From the NCBI RefSeq assembly GCF_000485595.1, contig NW_014577074.1, positions 1-38,567 of the forward strand: a DNA stretch of 38,567 nt. Direction: 5' to 3'. Origin of the DNA: Priapulus caudatus (lineage: Eukaryota). Position 1 is the first letter of the stretch. Every line of letters begins with the position of its first letter. Below are positions 10,795-23,439 of the stretch, in pieces. The notes under the pieces were generated by a model that made no database searches, was not told where the DNA came from, and saw only the letters and a list, made by a program, of their open reading frames with translations. The position numbers and the translations under genes were made by a program.

Positions 10795-11342
10795 ACACGT
10801 GGACCGATGTTGGACGCACTCGTTAATAGACGGTTGCATCAATATCTGCATGATCGGTGCATAATCAGCGAGACACGCGCATTATTCTAATAACATGCTA
10901 TCAATTAATTAATCGGCAAACAATGACTGTGGAACTATAACTAGCCAGCGCTTCGCAATAAATTCTGCGCCGTGCTGGGGGGGGCAGGCGCATTCTTCTC
11001 GTAAGGTTGACATCACACCTTGCATTTCTAATTGCGTGCGCCTGCCATCGTCGACTCACCGCCGCCGTTCGCACGGACACTGTTCGCCCGTGGCCCAATG
11101 GCGATTGATGATGCCAGCAAGCGATCGCATGTTTGGTACGATTTAGCCCATCATCCAGATCTCGCGATAGCCGCGCTGTTTATTGCGGTTGTCGCCAGAG
11201 ACGGACGAGACGACGTCTTCGGTTGTTCCACAGCTGCTTTGAGTCCCTGCTCCACCCTTTTTCTGCTATCCGCCCTCCTTCCTTTCTCTGTCTGCCCCGT
11301 TCTTTCTATTTTCGTCTTCTATTCTCTTTCCCCGTTTCCACC

Positions 11343-11403
11343 TTCTCTCTCTTCTCGCTCTCCCTCTCTCTCTCTTCTCCCTCTCTCTCTCTCTCTCCTC
11401 TCG

Positions 11404-11434
<31 letters not shown>

Positions 11435-11464
11435 TCTCTTCGCTCTCTCTTTTCTCTCTCTTCT

Positions 11465-11496
<32 letters not shown>

Positions 11497-11688
11497 GCTC
11501 TCTCTCTCTCTTATTCTGCCTTCTCTCTCTTCCATATTCTGTCTCTCTCTCTCTATATTCTGTCTCTCTCTTACTTCGCCGCCCTCTTCTCTCTCTCTCC
11601 TCACCCTGACTCATCTCTCAGCCTCTCTTTTTCTTATCCCCTTTCTCTCCAGATGTCCTCTCTCTCTCTCTCCTATGATCTCTCTCTG
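11343..11688. repeat. Imperfect (TC)n tract spanning the region that is a gap in copy A
   Basis: Flanks match ~1500-1520 and ~2200-2265. Confidence 0.9.
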
Positions 11689-12279
11689 CGCAGCGATGGA
11701 TTTTACACACTGTTGTACGTGCGTAACGCTTACGATTACTCGATGACCTCCGATTAGTACGCCTATCGAGAAAAAAAGGTCGTTCGAGGCTCACGTGACC
11801 GAGTAACCTTGTGGTCACGTCGGCTCCGCAGGAATATACACATGTAACGTTTAGTCTCGTCGTCTGTGACGGTCGACGGTCACGACAGATGTTACACGTC
11901 GGCCGTCGGCTAAATCTATAGCAACGTCTACGACGCCAGCGACGCATAACATGGCGGCGGTGCGGATAGTGTTGAATTTATCAGTGCTTCCCGCCAGCGG
12001 GGCCCCCACTGCGGAGGGTCCGAGCCTTCAGGTTCCTATATGCCATAATTATAGGCTTTAACTTGACACGAGCACTGATGTCATCATCATCGTCAAACGG
12101 GTGTTTTATCCCGCGTCTCGAATGCAGGCCCACACGGCGCAACAAAACGCGAGTCGCTGTCTGAAACATCGCGCAGGCGCCTGCACGAGCATAAAATACG
12201 CTGCCCGCGTGTGTGCAAGACGCTCACTCTCCACTGTACGTACGTACATGCACGCATCACATTATCTAACAGCAGTAAT

Positions 12280-12352
12280 CGCAGCAGCAGCAGCCAGCAG
12301 CGAGCAGCGGCACAGCGTAGCGTAGCATAAGTAGTAGTAGTAGTGTAGTTAG

Positions 12353-12384
<32 letters not shown>

Positions 12385-12402
12385 ATTGTTGTTGTTATTG
12401 TT

Positions 12403-12435
<33 letters not shown>

Positions 12436-12612
12436 ATTGTTATTGTTGTTGTTGTTGTTGTTGTTGTTGGTGTTGTTGTTGTCGTCGTCGTTGTTGTTGT
12501 TGTTGTTGTTGTAGCACCACCACCACCAGCAGCAACAACAACAGCAGCAGCACCAGCACCAGCAACAGCAACACTAAGCACAAGGAGCAACACTAACGCC
12601 ACTACCACCACC

Positions 12613-12664
<52 letters not shown>

Positions 12665-12720
12665 CTACCACCTACAATATCACCATCACCTTCATCGCCA
12701 TCATCATCACCACCGCCACT
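12280..12720. repeat. Compound trinucleotide tract (GTT/ATT)n switching to (CAC/CAG/CAA/CAT)n
   Basis: Strand composition flips at ~12512, giving a pseudo-palindromic tract. Confidence 0.92.
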
Positions 12721-13285
12721 ACAACCGCACATTGTCGCCGTCTGGCGCGTAGTGCACACGGCCACGCGCACCCGTCGGCTCTACATGACGGTTACGCGCG
12801 CACGAGTGACGTCTACGCAGCAGGAATGACGTCACCGCGGTTTTTTTTTTCGCAGCGCACTGATACACGCACGCGGATGCGTTACGCCGCAGCGGCGATT
12901 CGTCGAGCGCTAATTGATGTGGAAAAAAAGTGTATTATGCAACGGAAAGATAAATGAGATGAGATCGCGTAATTAGCAATCGACCATGTTATTCAGTTGA
13001 CGGCGTCTGCGCTGGTTTATCACCAGTGAGAGCGGGCTGGTAGTCATTACTAATTGCCTGTATGCGTTCACCTTTAACTGGGAAGCCAGATGAGCGAGCT
13101 TAGGGCGATGTTGATTTAAGTGACGATGGAGAGCCCGGCGGAAAGTGTGTCCGACACAGCGTGCTACCGCGCGTCTGCTTCGTACTGCGTAGACGCGGGA
13201 AGCCATGTTATGTTTTCGCGTTCCAACGCGTATAATTGCCCCACATCCGACGTAGGGCGTTTTTTTCTTAGCCGTCTAACAAGAA

Positions 13286-13404
13286 CTCTCTCTCTCTCAC
13301 TCTGTCTCTCTCTGTCTCTCTCTCTCTCTCTCTGTCTCTCTTTGTCTGTCTATCTCTGTGTGTCTCTCTCTCTCTCACTCTGTCTCTCTCTGGCTCTCTC
13401 TCTG

Positions 13405-13467
<63 letters not shown>

Positions 13468-13493
13468 GTCTGGCTCTATCTCTGTGTGTCTCT
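13286..13493. repeat. Imperfect (TC)n/(TCTG)n microsatellite
   Basis: Read directly. Confidence 0.95.
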
Positions 13494-14389
13494 AACCCGC
13501 ACGCAAGAATAACAGCTATACTAGGTTTTGCGCCGAATACGGTTCGTTGCTCCGTAGAGAGGGGTGATGCTGGAGGTACGCGCGTGCTGGAAGAGAGGTA
13601 CGCGCGCGCGTGCGGACGTCGCGAGAGATCGTATCACTTTAATGGCTTCACAGCTTTCCGCGCGCGCAAGTTGTGAAGGGGGATTTTTCCCCACTCATCG
13701 CCACGAACGCGTGCGCGCAGGCGCTGTTAAGTCCGTGCGATAGCGCATACAGCAGACGCTCAGCCGTACACGACACGAGCCGACAACGACCTGCAAAGTG
13801 GCCGTTTGTTTACCGGCTTTTAGCACACCTTATGTTTCGCGTGCGCGGGAGCGAGGTCGCTGTTTATTTTCCCCGCGCACCAGCCGGCTCGCGCCCGCGC
13901 GCGCTCGTGTACGTGCGGCCGCACTGACTGACTTACTCCGTCATTAGCTCCGTGTAATAAATACAGCGGTCACTGCCGCACGCGGCGCGTGAATGAACCG
14001 AGGGGGAGGCGGGATTTTTATCGCGCCGTTATCGTTGCCCGGGTGTTTATAGCCCGCAAACCACGCGGGACATGGGAGAGCTTCGGCAAATTCGAACTTT
14101 GTTTTTATTTGCGTGAATTGGGGACGGAGAGCGGCGCGGACAGGACGGCTTAGTCTGCTCAGACGGCGCGGGGGAAGAAGATGAGAGTAGAGAGGCCAAG
14201 AAAGCGGATTATGCCGTGGCTTCTTAACATTCTCGGTGCACGTGTACGGTGCACGTGTCCACGTGGCTCCCTGTGTGGCGTGATCTACTCATAGTTCAGT
14301 TGGGGAGTATATGTATAGGCTTACTCGTAAAATGAGGGCGAGAAGATGGAAAGATAGATAGACAAAGAAAGAGAGACAGATATAAAAGG

Positions 14390-14535
14390 GGAGAGAGAGA
14401 GTGTGTGTGTGTGCGCGCGCGCGCGCGCGCGCGCGCGCGCGCGCGTGTGTGTGTGAGCTGTGGCTGTTGTGTGTGTGTGTGTGTGTGTGCTGTGTGTGTG
14501 TGTGTGTGCTTGTCGTGGTGCTGTTGTGTGTGTGG
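14390..14535. repeat. Compound (GA)n(GT)n(GC)n(GT)n microsatellite
   Basis: Includes ~16 CG dinucleotides at ~14413-14445. Confidence 0.95.
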
Positions 14536-14537
14536 GG

Positions 14538-17453
14538 GGATGGATGGTTGCTGATGCATGGTATGAGATGGATGTGATCGCCCATGGATGAATGGATGGC
14601 CTGGATGGTATGGCATGATGGTATGGATCGGGATGATGGTCAATGGATGGATGGATGGACCATGGCCTGGCATGGATGGATGGGATGATGGAGATGCGAT
14701 GGATGGCATGCGATGGATGGATGGAGGATGGATGGATTGGCATGGGATGGCGCATGGATGGATGGATGGATGGCATGGATGGATGGTGGATGGATGAGCA
14801 TGGCATGGATGGATGGATGGATGGGATGGATGGATGGATGGATGGATGGATGGATGATTGGATGGATGGATGGTGGGATGGATGGATGGATGGATGGATG
14901 GATGATTGGATGGATGGATGGATGGATGGCAATGGCTATGGATGGATGGATGGGATTGATGGATTGGTATGGATGGATGCGATGATGGGATGGATGGGAT
15001 GGATGGATGGATGGATGGTATGCGCATGGATGGATTTGGATGGATGGATGGATGGATGGATGGATGGATGGATGGCATGTATGTGGCATGGCGATGGATG
15101 TATGATGGATGGATGGATGGATGGGATGGATGGATGGCATGGATGATGGATGGATGGCATGGATGGTCCATGTGGATGTCATGGATGATCCGGTGGATGA
15201 TGGATGGTGATGGATGGATGGGGCATGGCTGGATGGATCATGATGGGGATGGTGATTGGATGATGCGCATGGCATGGATGGCATGGAATGATGGATGGCA
15301 TGGACTGGGATGGATGGGATGGATGATGGATGGATGGATGGATGGATGGATTGGATGGATGGCGATGGCATGGATGGATGGATGGATGGGGGGGGGATGG
15401 ATGGCCAATGGCAGGGTGGCGCATGGTATGGATGGATGGTGGATTGGATGGATGGATGGATGGACTGGATGGGATGGATGCGGCATGGGATGCCATCGAT
15501 GGGTATGGGATGGATGCGATGGATGGCCATGGCTACAAGTGATGGCATGGATGGATGGTATGGATGGATGGTATGTCATGGCATGGCATGGATGGATGGG
15601 ATGGATGGATGGATTGGTATGGATGGATGGATGATGGATGGATGGATGGATGATGGATGGTATGGTGGCATGGATGGTGATGGGATGATGGATGCGCATG
15701 GTATGGATGGATGATGGATGGATGATGGATGGATGGGATGGATGGATGGAATGGATGGATGGTGGTGGATGGGCATGGATGGATGATATGGATGGATGGA
15801 TGGATGGATGGATGGAATGGATGGATGGATGGATGGATGCGATGATGGCGATGGTGGATGGATGGCATGGGATGCGATGGCATGGATGGATGGGATGGAT
15901 GGAGTGGCATGGATGGGTCATGGATGGATGGATGGATGGATATGGATGGCATGGATGGATGGATGATGGATGGATGGATGGATGGATGATGGATGGATGG
16001 ATGGATGGATGGAATGGATGGATGGATGGATGGCATGCGATGGATGGTAATGGGATGGAATGATGGATGGATGGATGGCTATGGTATGGTATGGATGGAT
16101 ATGGATGATGGTGGATTGGATGGTATGGGATGGATGGGATGGATTGGGGATGGATGGATGGATGGATGTGATGGTATGGATGGATGGCTTATGGATGGCG
16201 ATGGATGGATTGGATGGATGGATGGATGGGATGGCATGGATGGATGGATGCGGATGGATTGATGGATGGATGGTCATGGCATGGTAGATGGATGGCGTAT
16301 GTGGATGATGATGGATGGCATGATGGATGGGATGGATGCATGGATGGAGGATGGATGATGGATGGATGGGATGGATGGATGCATGGATGGTCTATGATGG
16401 TAATGGATGGGATGGACTGTATGGGGATGGATGGATGGTGATGGATGGATTGGACTGGATGGATGGATGGATGGATGGATGCATGGGATGGATGGGATGG
16501 ATGGGATGGATGGATGGATGGATGGATGGATGGATGATGGGATGGATGGTATGGATTGGATGGATGGTGGATGGATGGATGGATGATGGATGGATGGGAT
16601 GCCGATGGATTGGATCGGGATGGGATGGGATGGCCATGGATGGAGGATGGCATGGATGATGGCATGGATGGATGGTTATGGATGGGATGGATGGATGGAT
16701 GGATGGATTGGAGTGGATGGATGGATGGATGGATGGATGGATGGATGGATGGATGGCATGGGATGGATGGATGCGGGATGGATGGATGGTGGATGGATGC
16801 GATGGATGGATGGATGGATGGATGGGATGGATGGATGGATGGATGGATGATGCGCATGGATGGATGGATGGCTATGGATGGATGCGCATGGATGGATGGA
16901 TGGATGGATGGGATGGCATGGATGGATGGTGGATGGATGGATGGGGGGATGGATGGATGGATGGATGGGATGATGGTATGGATGCTATGGATGGATGGAT
17001 GGCATGGGTATGGATGGATGGATGGATGGATGGATGGTGGGCATGGCATGGGGATGGATTGGATTTGCTCGTGGATGGCATGGATGGTTCATGGATGGAT
17101 ATGGATGATGGCTGTGGATGGCACTGGATGGATGGATGGATAAGATGTGTGGTTGGTGGGTGGCTGGAATGGATGGATGGATGGATGATGGGTGGCGATG
17201 CCGTGGTGATGGCGATGGGGTGGGATGGCATGCTCGTGGGGTTGGCGATGTGGGTGGCATTGGATGGGTGGGTGCATGGATGGCATGCGATGGATGATGG
17301 ATGGGATGGATGAGGGTGGATGATGGCATGGGATGGATGGATGGATGGATGGATGGATGGATGGATGGATGGTGGTGGTGGATGGATGGATGGATGGATG
17401 GATGATGGGTGGATGGGTGGATGGATGGGTGGATGGATGGATGGATGGATGGA
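14538..17453. repeat. (GGAT)n tetranucleotide array, ~2.9 kb, indel-noisy
   Basis: GGAT dominant; cleaner from ~17330. Source of all MDGW/HPSI ORFs. Confidence 0.98.
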
Positions 17454-18201
17454 CTGGTGTAATTTATTATAATCTAACTACCTTCACTCATCACACAATA
17501 TAAATTACACTTCCCCAATCATCGTAAACATATTAGCTAGTGCAAAAGCGGACCGTTCTCCGCTTCATATACGCAGTAATCCCATAAACAGAGCGCATCG
17601 CCCTTCTAATTATAAGCGCATTTCATCGTATCATGATGAATGTGCCTTCGTGATGATGTTAGTCTGTCACAGAGTGTTAGTAATATCCATTTAACCTTTC
17701 CATAGCGTTATTAACTGTTTACCTCGGTGCTTCAGCTTAACAGCATAAGCTGTAGCGGTCTGCGACCATAACCCGCTTAGCCTCGCCTATTTTTTAAATA
17801 ATTAACTTTTCACACACTCACGTGACACTGCCGACCCCAATCATTTAACTCGCTGCTAAACCTATATAGATTACTAATAAAGCTACATAACGAATATAGC
17901 TACACGATCGGCGCAATTAACCATAGAATTAATCAGTGCTTGGTGATAAAAATAAATTGGAGTTTTTTCTTTCATTGAGATGTCGCGCACGACGAAGGAT
18001 GCTGATAACGATGGCGCTTCTATTACTGCATGGCTTCATCGTGTCATTAAATCGAAGAACAAAAACGCATTTCTACTCCAAAACACAACTAATTCAAAAA
18101 TGCACTGCAGCGTCCGTAACCCTGAGTTCACGGGAACGTGTATTACGTACGGAACGTACCGGGCCAGTTGGCGGTGGGGAGTGGGAGGATGACGTAAGGG
18201 C

Positions 18202-18247
18202 TGTTGTTGTTGTTGTTGTTGTTGGTGTTGTTGTTGTTGTTGTTGTT
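18202..18247. repeat. (GTT)n microsatellite
   Basis: Read directly. Confidence 0.95.
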
Positions 18248-18596
18248 ATAGCCTCGAGCGATAAGAGCTACACATAATAAACATAGTTTTAGTTGTTGAT
18301 ATACACACGTGCGAAGACTAGGCGGTGAGCGCCTAAGACACATAATGCCGGCCTTATATTATTTACCTCGGCACGTCTGGGGCTCACGCGCGAGCTGCTG
18401 TAAAATTCGTCGATATATCAGCGATGCATATCAGCTTCTCACATGATGCTGCACTGCATGCCCTGCGGTGAGTATGAGCTAATTAATCGAGTGCCCCCAA
18501 GCACACATCCGGCCCCGGAAACCTAGAGGATAGTGGCCCAGGATCGATAACACATGTTCCTGTAGAGTTAGGGTAATCATACCCTACCAATTCCAA

Positions 18597-19135
18597 TAAT
18601 CCTAATCCTGACACTAAACCTAAACCTAACTCTAACTCTAATCCTATAACTAATCCTAAAATTAACACTAACTCTATACGCATTCCTAAACATAACCCTA
18701 ACCCTATGCCAAACCCTGGGCCTAGCACTATGCCTAAAATAAACTCTAGCTATAACCATAACAATACAATAACTCTAAACTTATCCCTAACCCTAACCTT
18801 TACCATGTGCACAACTATAACCCTAACCCTAACCCTTACCCTAACCCTAACCAAACATCAACTCTAACCATAACCGATAACCTCTCCTTGGTCTTAACCA
18901 TAACCCCGTCCTTAGCACTAACCCTAACCATAGCATAACACCTAACCCTAAACCTATAACCATAAGCATAACCCTACTCTTCACCCTAAGCTCGTACCAT
19001 AATCTTAACATCAACTCTAAGGCTAGGCCTAATCCAAGCATTAAACCTAAGCCTAAGCGTAAGCCTAAATCTAACCCTAACGATGAACCTAACCCTAACT
19101 ACAACCCTAACTCTAACTACAACCCTAACCCTAAC
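18597..19135 (+). repeat. Degenerate interstitial telomere-like (CCCTAA)n tract
   Basis: Hexamers CCCTAA, CTCTAA, ACCTAA, GCCTAA and CCATAA over ~540 bp; near-perfect runs at ~18785, ~18821-18852 and ~19123. Confidence 0.85.
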
Positions 19136-19867
19136 GACATCCGCGCCGCAGACGTAACGTTATAGTCATCATTGCGGTGACCTTGTCGTGGCCGCCAGCG
19201 TGCCGTGGTAAGAGATGGAGCGCAGATGTACGCAGCGAAACCACGAGGCGAGACGCACATGCATGTCTGGAACGCTCTTGCGTTTCACCGAGTCTATACG
19301 TGCGTCAGCCGCTCAGAAGTTTGTAAACATGATCATCATTTATTTTTCGGCCGGTGATATATAAGGAAATTATATCGTGCCAGTGAAACACATCTGTGAT
19401 GGGTATAGACAGCGAAGCACATTTCATTTTGATTTATTAGAACAGGCGCGCGTATTATCCGGAAAAGTATTTTTCGCGATGTGTTTGACGTATATATAAT
19501 ACATTGGAGGTGTGACAAAGAAACCCTCTTCTCGCGAGAGTATGCATTCGGTGTGAAATTTTATCGTGCGTGAGTATTGCCTAATATATTTTTGCCCATA
19601 TGCGGTTACGTGAAAAATGGCGTCCCTGTGTAGCGCGAGCGTATCGATCTGGTTGATAAGGAAATTGCTTTCGAGGTAATATCTTCTGAAATATTACGTG
19701 TAATAATTTTCACGCTCCCGCCGCGTTGGAGAGTAAAAATTTTAATAGGCGGCCGCCACTGCTATATAATAAGCGCGAAGGTCGGGTAATTATTCAGCGC
19801 CCACGTCGCATTAAGAATGTTTATAGTAGCAGTCCAGGGAGCCGAAATAGAGATTGAGGGAAAGAAG

Positions 19868-19927
<60 letters not shown>

Positions 19928-19980
19928 CGTGCGTGTGTGCGTGGGTGCGTGTGCGTGGGTGCGTGTGTGTGTGCGTGTGT
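19868..19980. repeat. (TA)n(TG)n(TGCG)n compound microsatellite
   Basis: Read directly. Confidence 0.95.
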
Positions 19981-20265
19981 AGCTACTCTCCTCACACAAG
20001 ATCCCATCCATGGATTGGCCCAACTGAATATTTTATCGGGATACCTGTGTCTACCTTATCGTTCTCTCGGGCGCTACGCCGTCGTTCATTCCGGTAACAT
20101 CCCATCCCATGGCGTATCCTGCTACCTTGCTACATACCATGACTCATCAGCGATGTTCATACAGATGGCTCATCCGGGCTTCTAGATGGTCTTAGAATTC
20201 ATGTTCATTGGTGATATACAGGCTTTTGATCGCATAACCCGTGCATTACAAATATGCGTATACCA

Positions 20266-20412
20266 GGATATAGGTATATAATATAGGTATATGATATAGG
20301 ATATAGGTATATCATATAGGTATATAATATAGGTATATGATATAGGATATAGGTATATGACATATTATATAGGTATATCATATAGGATATAGGTATATAA
20401 TATAGGTATATC
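20266..20412. repeat. AT-rich minisatellite of 13-bp ATATAGGTATAT(A/G/C) units interleaved with 7-bp ATATAGG
   Basis: ATATAGG recurs about 12 times. Confidence 0.9.
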
Positions 20413-20834
20413 ATTATTTGACATACGCATAACTGTAACATGTCAAGTAAGAAGACACACGAGCAAGGGATAGCGTGTAGATTTTGACATTGAGCATGAC
20501 CGCTTATGTAGAACAGGCTGTTAGCGATGGCAGATGTGGTGTGTCAATACGCGACATACGAAGTATAGCTTTTGCCTGTCATATAGTGCCGTATATATAC
20601 CGTAACTCGCATTCGACGGAGATTTGTAACGTGCGGGCTTCTATTGCCCATATAGAATGGAGTCGACGATTATGTGAGAGTGCGTAACTCGTGTGAGAAG
20701 TGAGGCAGAGTGGACGCCTGCGTTTATTACGTTTATTCCGCCAGCGAAATGATTAGATCAATTTGGCTTCCTCTTATCGCATCGTATAGCAGTAGTGCGT
20801 GTGTATGGGCGCGCGTGTACGTAGGGTGTTTGGG

Positions 20835-20838
<4 letters not shown>

Positions 20839-20878
<40 letters not shown>

Positions 20879-20887
20879 TACGCGCGC

Positions 20888-20918
<31 letters not shown>

Positions 20919-20951
20919 TGTGTGCGCACGCACGCAGACACGCACACGCAT

Positions 20952-21014
<63 letters not shown>

Positions 21015-21220
21015 CTCGCATGCACCTATACACGCAAACGCATGTATACACGCACACGCACATGCACAAATACACACGCACACGCACGCACGCACGCAAA
21101 CACTCACCCACATGCACGCATACGCACGCACGCACGCACATGCACGCACACACACACACTCTCTCTCACACACACATTAAAGACCCCTCTCACACACACA
21201 TACACACACATACACATGCG
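20839..21220. repeat. Inverted compound microsatellite (TG)n(TGCG)n / (CACG)n(CA)n
   Basis: Motifs switch to their reverse complements at ~20925. Confidence 0.92.
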
Positions 21221-22404
21221 TGTGTCTGTGTCTACCGAGGCGAGGGCGTCGCTGCGACCGAGCGAATTGCGCGCGTCGTGCAGCGCTTCTGCTGTTCGCA
21301 TATATAGACTTACACCTGCATTCGCCTCCAGCAGCGTCAACGTTGATTCTCGTCGACGTTCGGCGTCAGTCTATTGTTCGCTCGCGGATTGCTTCGCGGC
21401 AATTACACGCTATTGAGAGCATGAGATCGGAGTAACTCGACAGCTACATAAGCCACCACGCTACAAACGCAACCATTGCTCGCTGAACCAATTCTGTAAA
21501 ACTTAGTTACCTCCGCCTTTTACGCACGCACCCCGTCAGAGCGATTGCGGTCATTTAAATGTTTTGTTCACGCTGTCCATGTTATACTGACGACTCTATA
21601 CCATCGCAACCAAATAATCTCCGCCAGTCATATATCCTACCCAGAGTTTCTTGCGCGCATAAATATTTCAGTCCGCTATCTTTGTAAGTCTTAGTACTGC
21701 CACTCTGTATAACAGGAACGCTCAGTCCGATTGTTCTCCATTACTTTATAGCGCAAAGCAGTACACTACGTACGGCATTTTTCGCACCTCTCCTCCATGC
21801 AGCATGATAATCCTCTCTTCGCCTCACTCTCGGTGCAACATGGTGTACATATTCCTTCCGACAAACTTCTCCACCTTTACATTACGCAAAATAGGCAATA
21901 AATGTTAGTTGCTATAGTCACAGTTATGACGTACACGCCGTGGTAGAGATGTCCATGTCAATGAGCGACGTGTAGACGGGGGGGGGGGGGGGGTCCTGCC
22001 GTAAGAGGGCTGTAGACTATGCTACACCAGCTTCAGTTTCAGGGTGGGGCGCAAATATTAACGCGATTGATAGGCGTGCACGCTTCGCCATTTAATTATT
22101 TATTCATTATAATTAGGTCACTGAGTGACACTGCTAGTCATATTAGAATAACTGTATGTTTCACAGGGGCACGCAACGTTATCGTACGCGGGAGAGGAAA
22201 CAAAATCAATTAAAGAATTCGGGGTGGTGAAATGGCAGGCAGGTTAATGCGGGGTTTCGTAACATGTTTTTTATCGTGACAGCTAGCCTCTCATCGTACC
22301 CATTATGCGCTTCATTCGCGAAACTCGCTCCGGGTAATGCCTTAAAAAATTTAACGAAAAACATTCATAATTTTTTTCCTCATAAAAAACCCCGTTCAAC
22401 CGGA

Positions 22405-22486
22405 GGTCATACTTGGGCTTCGCAGGTGCGAACCTCGCGCATGCGCGCACGAGGCGTGCGACCAACCGCAGCGCCACCGCCGCCGC
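22405..22486 (-). mobile_element. Possible decayed tRNA-derived SINE head (Pol III A/B box-like)
   Basis: Minus strand reads GGCGGTGGCGCTGCGGTTGGTCGCACGCCTC...GGTTCGCACC. A-box-like TGGCGCTGCGG (22476-22466) and B-box-like GGTTCGCACC (22434-22425) are 31 nt apart; each deviates from consensus. Confidence 0.35.
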
Positions 22487-23063
22487 TGCGCACAAGTGCA
22501 AGTGACCGGAGCGCCGGAATACGCTCCAGTCTTAACAGTACCGTATGTTGGAACCGAAGAAGCGATGCAATAGCGCGAGTGTATTCACAAGCATTACACT
22601 TCAAACCTAGCATTACCGCACTGCGCTAGCAGCGGTAAATATTAAGCGGAACCTAAACAAGAGTCCCAAATAAGCGCATCCTCTACAAAACGCGACGTAT
22701 TCGTCGAATTCAAGCCGCAATATCAGAGCCGCTTGTATTGCCCGGCGCGATCTCGCGTTTTCACGAGTTGCCATTGTATAATCACTCTGTGCATTTACGG
22801 GCGCCGACTCAAAATGCGAGTATATTTTTCGCCGCGTCCGTAGATTCCTGCCGCAGACAAGGTCGTAACCGTAAAACTCGCTGGCGAGAAGGATTGCGGT
22901 GAATTGGTAATATATATACGGACGTCTGTGCATGCTGCATGGCGGCGGCTTGACTCCGTCGCCCGCGCGCGCGTGCATGAGCACGATACGGGCATAATCC
23001 CGCCCAAAGTGCGAGTTTAATATGCCAGCAATGATCCGACGGCGAAGCCTCGGTTATAGGCAG

Positions 23064-23275
23064 GAGCGAGCGAGAGTGACAACGAGAGAGCAAGCGAGAG
23101 AGAGGGAGAGAGAGAGCGAGAGTGACAACGAGAGAGCAAGCGAGAGAGAGGGAGAGAGAGAGCGAGAGTGACAACGAGAGAGCAAGCGAGAGAGAGGGAG
23201 AGAGAGAGTGAGAGAGAGAGAGCGAGCGAGAGTGACAACGAGGGAGCGAGCAAGCGAGAGAGCGAGAGCGCGCGC
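23064..23275. repeat. GA-rich 46-bp minisatellite (core CGAGAGTGACAACGAG), 4 units
   Basis: Cores at 23071, 23117, 23163 and 23227. Confidence 0.92.
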
Positions 23276-23439
23276 GCAATAACTGTATAGAGGAAAAGCA
23301 GAGAGAGGGATGGAAAGCTACACAGATGGGGAAGCGAGAAAGCGAGGTAGTAAAAGAGCGAGCGAGCGAGCGAGTCTGAAAGAAAGAGAGAGAGATTAAG
23401 AGCGTTTAGGGTAGCATAAGTGCGTAAAAAATTGATGAT

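Larger units (their letters stand above)
9236..12360 (+). repeat. Segmental duplication 1, copy B (indel-rich, long-read-like)
   Basis: Same order of unique anchors as 1-2990, with frequent 1-bp indels. Confidence 0.95.

Noticed and set aside
14289..17329. MDGW/HPSI-repeat ORFs
   Set aside because: Direct translation of (GGAT)n, open in all frames on both strands.
18483..19041. LGLGL-rich hydrophobic ORFs
   Set aside because: Translation of degenerate (TTAGGG)n.
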